This document shows, piece after piece, positions 34,640-43,770 of a stretch of 64,000 nucleotides of DNA. Within the stretch, counting starts at the first letter, position 1. Every line of letters starts with the position of its first letter. The translations under genes were made by a program, and so were the position numbers. The notes under the pieces were generated by a model. It did no database searches and was not told the DNA's origin. It saw only the letters and a list, made by a program, of their open reading frames with translations. The DNA lies in the IMG/VR virus record IMGVR_UViG_3300035325_000364, positions 1,876 to 65,875 of that record; one strand, given 5' to 3'. Origin of the DNA: a virus (taxonomy: Duplodnaviria; Caudoviricetes).

Positions 34640-35814
34640 GATACCGTCACCGAGCCTTCCTCAGTCACAGCCTTCTGGCGGGCGGCAATCACAATGTTGT
34701 CATCGCTGAACGTCTCTCCGTTAGAGCTGATTTGCAGGTCGAAGTCCACAACACCGGGCACCTTCAAAACCTCTGTCGGGAGCGCTACTTGGATAACAGA
34801 CTGCCCGATGTTCAAGCCGCCACGAGCGTTCCCGCCGATGTATGAAACGAGGTTTCGCTTGATTTGCTCAATGCCGTCCAGCGGGAAGTGTCGGTCGGTC
34901 ACGAGGTTTGTCACCTTCACCCAAATCTTTACCGGTGTTGGGCGGCTGAAATGGATGTCAAAGGTCTGGCCTGACGTGCTAACTACCGCAACGGTCGTGT
35001 TGCCGTAAGTCTGAACGCCCGCCGCTTTCCGTCTGAAAATCGCTTTGGCTATTTCCTCATCCAGTCCGCCATACACAACCATCTCGAAGGAATGGGGCGG
35101 GAGACCGCTGGCGTTCGTAACGTCCGTATCATTTTCCTCACCCGTAACCGCGATGACCGCTTCAACACTCTCGTAAATCTCGGCCACGATTGCGTCAATG
35201 TTCACGCCGCCAGCAAAGTCAACGGAGAGATAATACCGCGCTCTAAACTCGGCATCGGTTTCTGTGTTGCGTCCACCATCAAATGGCTTTTCATTCGTGA
35301 CCTTCGTAATACCAGTCTTAGGATTCGTGATATTCGTAATTGTGTTCTCGGCAGTGTTGCCGTCCGGTCCTGCGATAACCGCCGAGGCGGGAACTGTCAC
35401 GCTCCCATCCCTTATTACGCCAGAGGCGAGCACGATGTACTGAATACCCGCAATGGTCTCAGCCAGATACCCCTCCGGCACCTCTACGTTGTCCTCGCCA
35501 GAAAAGGTCAAATAGCCGACGGCCTTCTGCGCACCGAGTAGGCGTAGACCGATTACCCTGCCGAGATTGTATAGGCTGTGGCCTACCGCCGTATCAATGA
35601 ACCGGCTGTTGTACACGTCCTCCAATGTGGAGAACAAAAGGTTCAGCATCCAAGCGTAGATACGCAGGAAAATCCCCAGCGGAGAGCGCACCGTCATATT
35701 TGCGGTGGAGCCGAACAGCTCACGCGCTTTGTGTTCAAGCGCATCCAGCAGCTCAGCATAAGTGGGTCGCCTGAAACCGGCATCCGTCAACCCCCAATCA
35801 GCCATCTTTGCCAT
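34636..35814 (-). CDS. baseplate J/gp47 family protein
   Basis: FIDTA.G.SL, G.DGN....I, GG...ETDAEFR.R. Confidence 0.88.
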   Translation of the reverse strand: MAKMADWGLTDAGFRRPTYAELLDALEHKARELFGSTANMTVRSPLGIFLRIYAWMLNLLFSTLEDVYNSRFIDTAVGHSLYNLGRVIGLRLLGAQKAVGYLTFSGEDNVEVPEGYLAETIAGIQYIVLASGVIRDGSVTVPASAVIAGPDGNTAENTITNITNPKTGITKVTNEKPFDGGRNTETDAEFRARYYLSVDFAGGVNIDAIVAEIYESVEAVIAVTGEENDTDVTNASGLPPHSFEMVVYGGLDEEIAKAIFRRKAAGVQTYGNTTVAVVSTSGQTFDIHFSRPTPVKIWVKVTNLVTDRHFPLDGIEQIKRNLVSYIGGNARGGLNIGQSVIQVALPTEVLKVPGVVDFDLQISSNGETFSDDNIVIAARQKAVTEEGSVTVS

Positions 35815-36194
35815 TATGCTGTCACCTCCAATGCAATAGATTCGCCATTTACGAGTGTCGCAGAGAGCTGTACTATGAGCGTTCGACGGTCATAGCTCAC
35901 CGCTATTTCGTCAATACGCTGCACATCTGGCTCCTGAAAAACCGCCTCGCGGATGACCTCTTTGATTTCCTCATCCTCGATTTCATTCTGGTTCCTTCCA
36001 ACAATGGATTCATAATCCGTCCCGTGTTCGAGGTCGGCGAAAAATTCCTCTTTCCATGTCGAAAGAGCGTGACGGACATTCTGGACCGTTGTGTCTTTGT
36101 CGAAGATTTTCTTGAACGACCCGTCCTCATCGAACACTAAGTCGTGGGTGTGTGGGTCAATCAGCAATGTCATATTGTCGCTCATATCCTTCAT
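35814..36194 (-). CDS. baseplate wedge gp25/gp46-like protein
   Basis: position and EEFF.D...G.DY pattern. Confidence 0.7.
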   Translation of the reverse strand: MKDMSDNMTLLIDPHTHDLVFDEDGSFKKIFDKDTTVQNVRHALSTWKEEFFADLEHGTDYESIVGRNQNEIEDEEIKEVIREAVFQEPDVQRIDEIAVSYDRRTLIVQLSATLVNGESIALEVTA

Positions 36195-36517
36195 CCTCCT
36201 ATGAACACGTTGCCGCTGCCGTCTCGGACTGAGCCGCCTATCGAGACAGCATCGCCAACCCGTCCAGCGGAAATGCCGTTGATGAACACACTGGAACTGC
36301 CCGCACTGATTTTATCCGAATGAGAAGGGTGCGAAACACATCCATGAGAGGCATAGCTATCACCAACTCGTCCCGCGCCCTTGCCGTTGATGAGCACATC
36401 CGAGCTGCATCCTGTCAGCGGAACAGCGCCGCAGGAATCATGCCCGGTGCAACAATCGCCTTGCCGTGTAGCCGCTGCCATACTGCACCCCCTAATTGAG
36501 ATTGATTGAGGAACCAT
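36191..36517 (-). CDS. PAAR spike-tip protein
   Basis: AATRQGD, V.INGK.AGRVGD repeats, GSGNVFIGG; start probably MAAATR. Confidence 0.88.
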   Translation of the reverse strand: MVPQSISIRGCSMAAATRQGDCCTGHDSCGAVPLTGCSSDVLINGKGAGRVGDSYASHGCVSHPSHSDKISAGSSSVFINGISAGRVGDAVSIGGSVRDGSGNVFIGG

Positions 36518-37127
36518 TCAGCGTGATTGCGCCGCTCGCGTTTATGGACACCTCGCCGGTGTTCATTGAAATCTTGTCTGCGGTAAACTCCGCTGTAGTT
36601 CCCTTGTTTTTGATTGCTATTTTGTCCTGCTCTAAAGACACATAGCTGCTGCCATCCTCTTTCGCAAGAACCAGTGCATCGTCTGGCAAGCCCTTAACGG
36701 TATAGCCACCCGACACGATGCCACCTATGAATATAGCATCGCTGGTGGAGTGGTTGCGTGTGGTCTGGGGCCTCGCCTCCTTCCCGCCGCTCACAGTTGC
36801 GTCTGAATCGTGGTCAAGATAAACCACAACGCCAACGTCGCCCTCTTTTATCCACGGCCTGATGATATACCCCCCTATGCGTGTAACCGCGACAGGGACG
36901 CAGAGAATAGGCGGCTGGCTCTCGAAACTGCCGTTCTCTAAATGCTTCGAGAGCGGCTGCACATTTACAGTCATCTTTTCTTTATCAAACTTTATCACCC
37001 GCACCGTAGCCGAAACGCAAATGGATTCAGCGAGCTTCTGGTCGCGGGCCCGTTCGTAATTGTACTGATTGAGCTTTGACATTTCCGAACCTCCTAATAG
37101 GGCTTTAGCTCCATCGACGTTTTCCAA
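36492..37127 (-). CDS. Gp138-like baseplate spike
   Basis: VNVQP, GDVG..VY.D.D, R.H..SDAIFI; beta-helix C-terminus. Confidence 0.8.
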   Translation of the reverse strand: MENVDGAKALLGGSEMSKLNQYNYERARDQKLAESICVSATVRVIKFDKEKMTVNVQPLSKHLENGSFESQPPILCVPVAVTRIGGYIIRPWIKEGDVGVVVYLDHDSDATVSGGKEARPQTTRNHSTSDAIFIGGIVSGGYTVKGLPDDALVLAKEDGSSYVSLEQDKIAIKNKGTTAEFTADKISMNTGEVSINASGAITLNGSSINLN

Positions 37128-37924
37128 CTCCCTGTTCTGCTGCCGGAGTGCTTGCCCTCCACCACAATAAACCGCCCGTTCAGGTCATTAGACTGCACCT
37201 TCACAACCTCAGCGGTAGCTATCCGATAATTCAGGAGGCAAGACCGGGAAATGGTATCGTCCTCAGTAGTTTCTTTTTCAGACTTGGATTCAGGCTCGAA
37301 AATAACCTTTTCTTCATCAGCCCGCAGGAGGCCCGTCGCGGTAGTCAGCACCACACCGTTGTTTATACCGTCATCAGCCTTGGTTATATAGACCTGTCCG
37401 GTCGCCCTAATGATAAACCGGCTCTTGCATTCGTTCACCACTATTTCGGTCAGCACCTGTTTCAAGTTGCCACGACAGACCCTGCCGCGGGGGTAAACTT
37501 GGTCTACAGATAACTCGCATTTTGAAACCTCCATCCCGAAAATATTCAACAGGTCCCGGACAATAGCCGATGCTTTGGCGTTTTCAGCATAGGTCTTATT
37601 TATGAGACTTCCAAGAATCTCGTCTGCCCCCGGCTGCACGGTCAGCGTGGTGGTCCAGTCTACGCTGCTCCACTTGTGTTTCAAGCCCACCACTTTGCCG
37701 ATGAGGATGCACCCAACATCTCCCTCATACCCGGCGTTCAGGACAACAGGGTCATTCTTCTTGATGTTGTTCCGCGTATTGGCTGAGAAGTTCTTTACTG
37801 TCACCGTAGCAACCGGTGGTTCATCGCTGTCCTCAAACGGTATCTCAAAGGAGAAATCCAGATTGGCAAGTGAGTATTTGTTGTGACCGATTGTGAGGGC
37901 GGCGTCCCTTATCCAAAAAGCCAT
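37094..37924 (-). CDS. baseplate hub protein
   Basis: position; L.AGYEG...LI.G.V pattern. Confidence 0.7.
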   Translation of the reverse strand: MAFWIRDAALTIGHNKYSLANLDFSFEIPFEDSDEPPVATVTVKNFSANTRNNIKKNDPVVLNAGYEGDVGCILIGKVVGLKHKWSSVDWTTTLTVQPGADEILGSLINKTYAENAKASAIVRDLLNIFGMEVSKCELSVDQVYPRGRVCRGNLKQVLTEIVVNECKSRFIIRATGQVYITKADDGINNGVVLTTATGLLRADEEKVIFEPESKSEKETTEDDTISRSCLLNYRIATAEVVKVQSNDLNGRFIVVEGKHSGSRTGSWKTSMELKPY

Positions 37925-38289
37925 TATTCCGCCACCTTCCTTTCAAACAAATACAGCTTTACGGCCTTGCCGAAGTTGTCTTTCGTCACCTCTGAAATCC
38001 CATCATCCGTTATACAGACAGGAATGATGACCGGAATAGGGAACCGCTCATCCTCCACGACGTTGAACAAAGCTCTGCCATACCGCACTACCTCTCCGAA
38101 TACAAGGACTTCACCGTTGAGGTCGTAAAGGTCTATGGTATAAAACTCGCCAATGTCGTTGTACTTTACCGTAAAAGTAAAGGTCTTATCAACCAGCTTG
38201 ATGCTGAATGAGTACGGCACTTTTGCGGTGTCGATGTTGATATACTCAACGTCTTGATTAAGGTCTATCAGCTGCAATGCCATACTCAC
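37924..38289 (-). CDS. baseplate plug-like protein
   Basis: VPYSFSI.L....F.F..KYN....FY..D pattern. Confidence 0.65.
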   Translation of the reverse strand: MSMALQLIDLNQDVEYINIDTAKVPYSFSIKLVDKTFTFTVKYNDIGEFYTIDLYDLNGEVLVFGEVVRYGRALFNVVEDERFPIPVIIPVCITDDGISEVTKDNFGKAVKLYLFERKVAE

Positions 38290-38299
38290 GGCCCCCTTT

Positions 38300-38896
38300 C
38301 TAACTGATTGCTATACCGTTGTAACCTCCGGTCTGTCGCGTGAGCGGCGCGGAACTGCTACCCCCTGAGTAGGCAGCGTCCCGCCTGTTCACGCTCGCCG
38401 AGCTGACAGACTGGTATGCAATCGTAGTCATCCCGGCATTCATGGTTTTTGCCAGCTGTGCGTTGTTGCTCTTGCCCGCGTCTTGCGATGTCATGGATTG
38501 CTCCCCATCCATAGAAACGTAATCGGATGTAGTAGTCCGTATTTGCTTTAGCGTTAAAGAGAACGCCGCGCCATTTTTATTCTTGTACGAACGGTCAAAT
38601 TTGAGACTTGTGATGACAAGCCCCGTCATGCGGGTCACGCCGATATAGGTGAGGATGTCCCGTGATTCCCGCATCTGTTTGAGCTTTCTGATGGCACTGT
38701 CGCCACCGACGATTGTGCCGGAGATACTGAGCTGACCCTGTGCGTTATTCACATGGTCGTTGATGTCTGCGCCATCCTCTACGGGATTTGACGTAATGGA
38801 GCTTGAATAGCTCTCGCTCTCTTTTTCCACCACGCCTGTATCATTCGGAACAAACCGAACCGTGCCTCCCTTTTTGCCGGTAAGTGTGTATGCCAT
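38300..38896 (-). CDS. tail tube initiator/Dit-like baseplate protein
   Basis: ITSNPVEDG..I.DH..N pattern. Confidence 0.7.
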   Translation of the reverse strand: MAYTLTGKKGGTVRFVPNDTGVVEKESESYSSSITSNPVEDGADINDHVNNAQGQLSISGTIVGGDSAIRKLKQMRESRDILTYIGVTRMTGLVITSLKFDRSYKNKNGAAFSLTLKQIRTTTSDYVSMDGEQSMTSQDAGKSNNAQLAKTMNAGMTTIAYQSVSSASVNRRDAAYSGGSSSAPLTRQTGGYNGIAIS

Positions 38897-38911
38897 CGTC
38901 TCACCTCCAAA

Positions 38912-39295
38912 TCAGGGCCGCGCCTCAACCGTTGGCAGTACCTCAGTATGGAAATAGAGTTGATAATGATATGGGTCGGTGTGCGTTCCTGTGATGTCCT
39001 CCACGACGTAAAGTGTGTAGTCGTTTAAGTAAATATAGTTTTTCTTGTACTCATTCGGGCCGACTTTGCACGTCACAACCAATTCACTTGCCGAGTTGTT
39101 GCTGACGCTCATATACCCCTCTGCTTCGAGGATTATTGTGTCCGTCCGTGCATTGTACACGGTGATTTTCCTCTCGCACTCGAAGTAGTCAGCTTGCTTG
39201 GACAGGTTGGTGTTTACCTTGTCTGCCTCCGAACAGGCAGACAAGGTAATCAGGCACAGTAAAAGCGCCAGCACAAGGGCAAAAATTCTTTTCAT
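38912..39295 (-). CDS. predicted lipoprotein inserted in the tail operon
   Basis: signal peptide with LSAC lipobox. Confidence 0.7.
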   Translation of the reverse strand: MKRIFALVLALLLCLITLSACSEADKVNTNLSKQADYFECERKITVYNARTDTIILEAEGYMSVSNNSASELVVTCKVGPNEYKKNYIYLNDYTLYVVEDITGTHTDPYHYQLYFHTEVLPTVEARP

Positions 39296-39310
39296 TTGGT
39301 GTTCCTCCTA

Positions 39311-42300
39311 TTAGTAGGCGTATTGATTTTTAAGCGTCTGCCGTTCCAATTCTTCCTCTCGGAACTCTCGGAACAACTCGCGCACCGTATCATACAGGGT
39401 GCTGCGCAGGTTTTCGGTTTTTTCCTCATCCGCGTCACCCTGTACCACAATAGAAATCTGCGGCGCAAATACCGGAGCCGCGCCGCTGTTGCTTGGCTCA
39501 GATACACCGTCTGCGCTATCAGCATCGCCAACGCTGCTACTGCCATAAATCGCATCAGCAGAGGTGTCAGGCGGGTTGAAGTCCCCGACCATCGGAGTTA
39601 CATTATAGGACACGTCAGACACTTTGGGTGTGTTCACGTCCCCAATGACGGGATTAACAGAATAGGACACGTCAGGCACAATAGGCGAACCGACAGACGG
39701 GAACCCAACATCGGGGTCTGGAATGTCAATTTCTGGCCCGTCGAGCTTGGTCGGAATAGAATCTTCCATATCCTCAGTAACAGACTTCATTGTCCCAACA
39801 AAGCCCTTTCCAACGCCCAAAGCCATGTTGTTTCCTACTTCGTGCTCAAACACGGTGGACGGACTGTGAATCCCGAAGAAGCCTTTAATGTTGTTGAGGA
39901 TTCCACTGGCCCAACCAGAAATCTGATTCCATAGCCAGCTGCCCATAGACGAAATGCCATTCCACAGGCCCTGCACAATACTCACACCAATGTTGAGCAC
40001 CTGCCCCGGCAGACTGGCAAGTCCATTGACTACTGCCGAGATTATCTGCGGTAGCTGCGCTACAAGCTGTGGTATCGCCGAGATTATGCCGGACGCGAAT
40101 TGAAGAAGCAGGTTGATACCTGTCTCAATAATCTGCGGCAGATTCGAGGTTATCCCCGAAACGATGGTGGAGATTATCTGTGGAACCTGACTTATCAGCT
40201 CAGGCAGAGCAGAAATAATGCCCGTCCCTATATTGATAACAAGGTTCATACCCTGCTCTAAGATGAGCGGAAGGTTTGCGGTAAGCGTATCGACGATGCT
40301 GGAAATAATCAGTGGCAGTTGTGCCACCAATTCAGGTATCGCCTCTACGATGCCCATTGCCAGATTGACGACCATCTGGACGCCCTGCTCCAAAATGGTG
40401 GGCAAACTCTCCGTAACAAACGAACAAATTTCAGTGATGATTAGCGGTAGCTGTTCGAGCAGCAGAGGAATGGAATCAATGATGCCCTGCGCCAGTGTAG
40501 ATAAAATCTGTACGCCTTGTTCGAGAATCATGGGTATGCTCTCAGTCAAGAACCCGATGATACCTTGTATGATTTCGGGCAATCGGCCTATCAAAACCGG
40601 CAAGGCGTTTACAATTCCATCTGCCAGCCCTTGCAGAATTTGGAGCCCAGCATCAAGGATGAGTGGCAGGTTTGCGATTATCGTGTCTACGACGGTGAGC
40701 AGGGTATCAATAACCGTTGGAATCAGCTCTGGTAAGGACTGGCCTATTCCCGTCGCTATCGTAACGATTATCTGCGCCGCTGCTTCAATCACAGTCGGAA
40801 GGTTTTGGAGAATACCCTGTCCGAGAGCACCAAGCAGCTGCATACCAGCGTCAACAAGTGTCGGCAGCATATCAATAATCATGGCAAGGGCGTCACTCAG
40901 TATTGTGCCGAGCGCACTCATCGCGCCAGACAAACCGCCTTCTTGGAAAGCAGTAGACAGGTCAGAAACCGCACCGCTCCCGAACTGTACAAACTCACGC
41001 AACGTAGGCGTAAGCTGGTCAGATAAAACAATCTGCGCCCCTTCGAGCGCAGACTTGAATAGCGTTATATCACCTTCAAGGTTATCCAGCTGGACATTCG
41101 CCATATCCTGCGCCGCACCATCGGCATTGCCGATGGCCTCCGTCAGCTCGCCGAACCGGTCTGCGCTGGTTCCCAAAAGGGCGTTGACCGATTTCAGGTC
41201 AACCTTGTTAAAGATAGTGCTGAGAACTTCGGTTTGTTCCTGTTGAGACATGGTACCGAGAATACCTTGCAGGTCTCCGAATGTCTCATTCAACGGACGC
41301 ATATTACCCTCGGCATCGAATACCTCAAGACCGAGTTGCTGGATAGCTTTTGCTGCCGTATCTGTTGGAGCTGATAGCGATAGGATTACATTACGAAGGG
41401 CTGTGCCGCCCTCTGAACCTTTAATACCGTTATCAGCTAAAACACCAAGCATGGTAGATAGCTCGGTTGTGCCACCAGCGAGATTCTTTGCAGTACCGCC
41501 AACGGTAAGAAACGCTTCGCCCAACTGTGCAACACTTGTGTTGGATTTAGACGCAGCCATCGCCATCTGGTCTACCATTACAGATGTTTCGTCCAAAGTA
41601 AGACCTAACGCAGACTGCGCATCTGTAACCATGTCCGAGGCTGAGGCCAAATCTATGCCACCCGCAGCCGCAAGGTTCAGCACGTTTGGCAGCATCGCCA
41701 TAGAGGTTTCAGCATCGTAGCCAGCCAATGCCATATAATTCAAAGCATTGGATGCTTCTGTTGCTGAGAACGCGGTGGTCGCGCCCATCTCCATAGCGAA
41801 ACTTCGTAGCTGGCTATATGTCTCAGCCGCCTCGGACCCCGCCGTATTTAATTCTTCTACGGAGTAGCCCATTGTGGCTGCGACCTGCGACATGGAAGAA
41901 TCGAACTCCATGCCGACTTGCACCGACGACATTGCGAAACCGGCTACTGCCGTAGTGGCCGCCAGCAGTGCAACACCAACGCCTTTTAGAATCCCTCCGA
42001 ATTTATCAAATTTTCCACCAGAGGAATCGGCGGCGTCACCAGCATCCCGAACGCTTTTTGCCGCGTCATCTGCGGCATCGCCTAACCCATCAGTAGAATC
42101 GGAGGCTTCTTCTGCACTTCGGGCCATAGAGACAAATTTATCTTTAGCAGATTGGATTGCATTTCCCAATCCGGTTTTTATCGTAGTAATGGGGTGTGTG
42201 AATCCTTCTTTGATACTGCTTGCCGTGTTGACAACATTATCTTTGAAGTCCGACACCGTGCTTTTAACATGGGTAAAAGCTCCGCCTACGCCCTGTTTTA

Positions 42301-42577
42301 AGGACGAGGCGAAGCTGTTCCCATTGTCAATTCCTTCGAGGAATGACCTGCGGAACGCAGAACCAACACTGGTCGCCTCAGACTGGACATTTCCAAGGCC
42401 GCTTGTCACCCGACGAATACCACTCTCTGCTTGCCCGGTGTCCGCACCTACAGTAATTCGGTGTCGTCCGGACTGCATATCACCTAAGTTACTTGTCAGG
42501 CTACGGATATTCGATTCCGCTTGCCCGGTGTCTGCGCTTACTGTGATACTGTACTGTAAGCTACGGGCCTCGTCCAC
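39311..42577 (-). CDS. tape measure protein
   Basis: 1088 aa; TP901-type core (FDSSMSQVAA...GIKGSEGGTALR); amphipathic repeats. Confidence 0.92.
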   Translation of the reverse strand: MDEARSLQYSITVSADTGQAESNIRSLTSNLGDMQSGRHRITVGADTGQAESGIRRVTSGLGNVQSEATSVGSAFRRSFLEGIDNGNSFASSLKQGVGGAFTHVKSTVSDFKDNVVNTASSIKEGFTHPITTIKTGLGNAIQSAKDKFVSMARSAEEASDSTDGLGDAADDAAKSVRDAGDAADSSGGKFDKFGGILKGVGVALLAATTAVAGFAMSSVQVGMEFDSSMSQVAATMGYSVEELNTAGSEAAETYSQLRSFAMEMGATTAFSATEASNALNYMALAGYDAETSMAMLPNVLNLAAAGGIDLASASDMVTDAQSALGLTLDETSVMVDQMAMAASKSNTSVAQLGEAFLTVGGTAKNLAGGTTELSTMLGVLADNGIKGSEGGTALRNVILSLSAPTDTAAKAIQQLGLEVFDAEGNMRPLNETFGDLQGILGTMSQQEQTEVLSTIFNKVDLKSVNALLGTSADRFGELTEAIGNADGAAQDMANVQLDNLEGDITLFKSALEGAQIVLSDQLTPTLREFVQFGSGAVSDLSTAFQEGGLSGAMSALGTILSDALAMIIDMLPTLVDAGMQLLGALGQGILQNLPTVIEAAAQIIVTIATGIGQSLPELIPTVIDTLLTVVDTIIANLPLILDAGLQILQGLADGIVNALPVLIGRLPEIIQGIIGFLTESIPMILEQGVQILSTLAQGIIDSIPLLLEQLPLIITEICSFVTESLPTILEQGVQMVVNLAMGIVEAIPELVAQLPLIISSIVDTLTANLPLILEQGMNLVINIGTGIISALPELISQVPQIISTIVSGITSNLPQIIETGINLLLQFASGIISAIPQLVAQLPQIISAVVNGLASLPGQVLNIGVSIVQGLWNGISSMGSWLWNQISGWASGILNNIKGFFGIHSPSTVFEHEVGNNMALGVGKGFVGTMKSVTEDMEDSIPTKLDGPEIDIPDPDVGFPSVGSPIVPDVSYSVNPVIGDVNTPKVSDVSYNVTPMVGDFNPPDTSADAIYGSSSVGDADSADGVSEPSNSGAAPVFAPQISIVVQGDADEEKTENLRSTLYDTVRELFREFREEELERQTLKNQYAY

Positions 42578-42593
42578 AGGTCATCCCTCCCTT

Positions 42594-42789
42594 CTATTCG
42601 GTTTTCTTTTTACTCCAAACGTCCTGCCACAGCAGCCGCGCTTGTTCAGCCTCGGCAAACTCATAGAGGTCCATGTTTTTGAGTTCGGTATAACTGAGGC
42701 CATCACAGCAAAAGACTAACCGCCATAGACGCTCGTTGTTCTCAGCCCTGCGCTTGGCTGCTTTGGGGTCAATTTCGCTCGCCCAGAAA
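42594..42789 (-). CDS. tail chaperone frameshift extension (T part), +1 frame
   Basis: open frame FWASEIDPK...LWRLV...LSYTELKNMDLYEFAEA...KKKTE* without its own RBS/start. Confidence 0.55.
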
Positions 42790-43068
42790 ATTTTCGATTT
42801 CGCGTACCAACTCGCCCGGTGTCGCCAAATCCTCCTGTTCGTCGAAATACTTTATACCCTGCTTGGCTACCTCAGCAGGGGCCGTAACGCAGCCCTTGAT
42901 GAGAGCATCCGCATACTTGGCGGTGTTCTTCCTGCCGCTGGCGGGGTTGATGTAGAGGTCAGTCAGGTTGGAGTACCACGAAAAGGTCACGCTCTGGAAT
43001 GTGTACTCGACATTGTTGATGGTGGTCTTTTTTGTTCTTGCCATTTGGTAAATCCTCCTTTGAAACAT
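42769..43068 (-). CDS. tail assembly chaperone (G-like)
   Basis: between tail tube and tape measure; probable ATG MARTKK with AAGGAGG RBS. Confidence 0.7.
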   Translation of the reverse strand: MFQRRIYQMARTKKTTINNVEYTFQSVTFSWYSNLTDLYINPASGRKNTAKYADALIKGCVTAPAEVAKQGIKYFDEQEDLATPGELVREIENFLGERN

Positions 43069-43361
43069 TGGTTGTCCGTACTTTTTATAAGAATAGGGGC
43101 GTTAGAGATATTAGAGGGTATAGGTATATACCCATATCCCCCTAATCCCTCTCTTTATAGTTCTAATAGTAGAAAATGTTTCAATGTTTCAATAAGCCAG
43201 AAAGCCTGTAATATCAAGGGTTAAGCCCGAAACATTGGTGAAACATCACCCGAAACATTGAAACATTCGGAGCTGAAACATTGTGTTGAATTTCCCGCCT
43301 AAAATGCGACTTTCGAGCCTAAATCTGTCTTTTAGCCCGAATGTTTCACCCCAATGTTTCA
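43061..43361 (-). repeat. ori-like iteron element copy 2 (inverted relative to copy 1)
   Basis: reverse complement aligns to 18150-18459; ~130-bp core about 85-90% identical by eye. Confidence 0.75.
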
Positions 43362-43751
43362 GCGGATTTCGATGTCAGGGATGAGGAAAACGATGCTCAC
43401 ATCTCCGGCATCCTTGCCTCTAACCCTGTCAGGCAGCTTCTCCACCATGCAGTTCTGCGCGAAGAACACAGTGCCACTGTCGTTGGCATCCGTAATGGCA
43501 AGGTTCGCCATTGTGTTCTTCTCTGCGCACCGTTCAAGGTAGGGGAGGTCGGGCGATTCCTGCTGCAACGTGATGGTGAGCTTGCCCGCCTTGTTCGCGT
43601 TCAGAACGTAAGTGCTGTCACCCTTCACGCCCTTCTTCAAGGTCACATTGGCCTCGTCGCGGGCCAGCGTGAACAGGCTCTCGCCGAACATACGAAGCTG
43701 CCTGTTGTTAAAGGTGACGTTGACCTTCAACGGGTCGTAGGTTTTTAACAT
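43359..43751 (-). CDS. tail tube protein (DUF3277-like)
   Basis: TYDPLKVNV, KGVKGD..Y..NANKAG.LTITL.Q.S. Confidence 0.82.
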   Translation of the reverse strand: MLKTYDPLKVNVTFNNRQLRMFGESLFTLARDEANVTLKKGVKGDSTYVLNANKAGKLTITLQQESPDLPYLERCAEKNTMANLAITDANDSGTVFFAQNCMVEKLPDRVRGKDAGDVSIVFLIPDIEIR

Positions 43752-43770
43752 AGCTGTTTACTCTCCTTCC

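Noticed and set aside
42787-42793. Canonical -1 slippery heptamer A-AAT-TTT
   Set aside because: The -1 frame closes after ~23 codons; the plausible extension is in the +1 frame.
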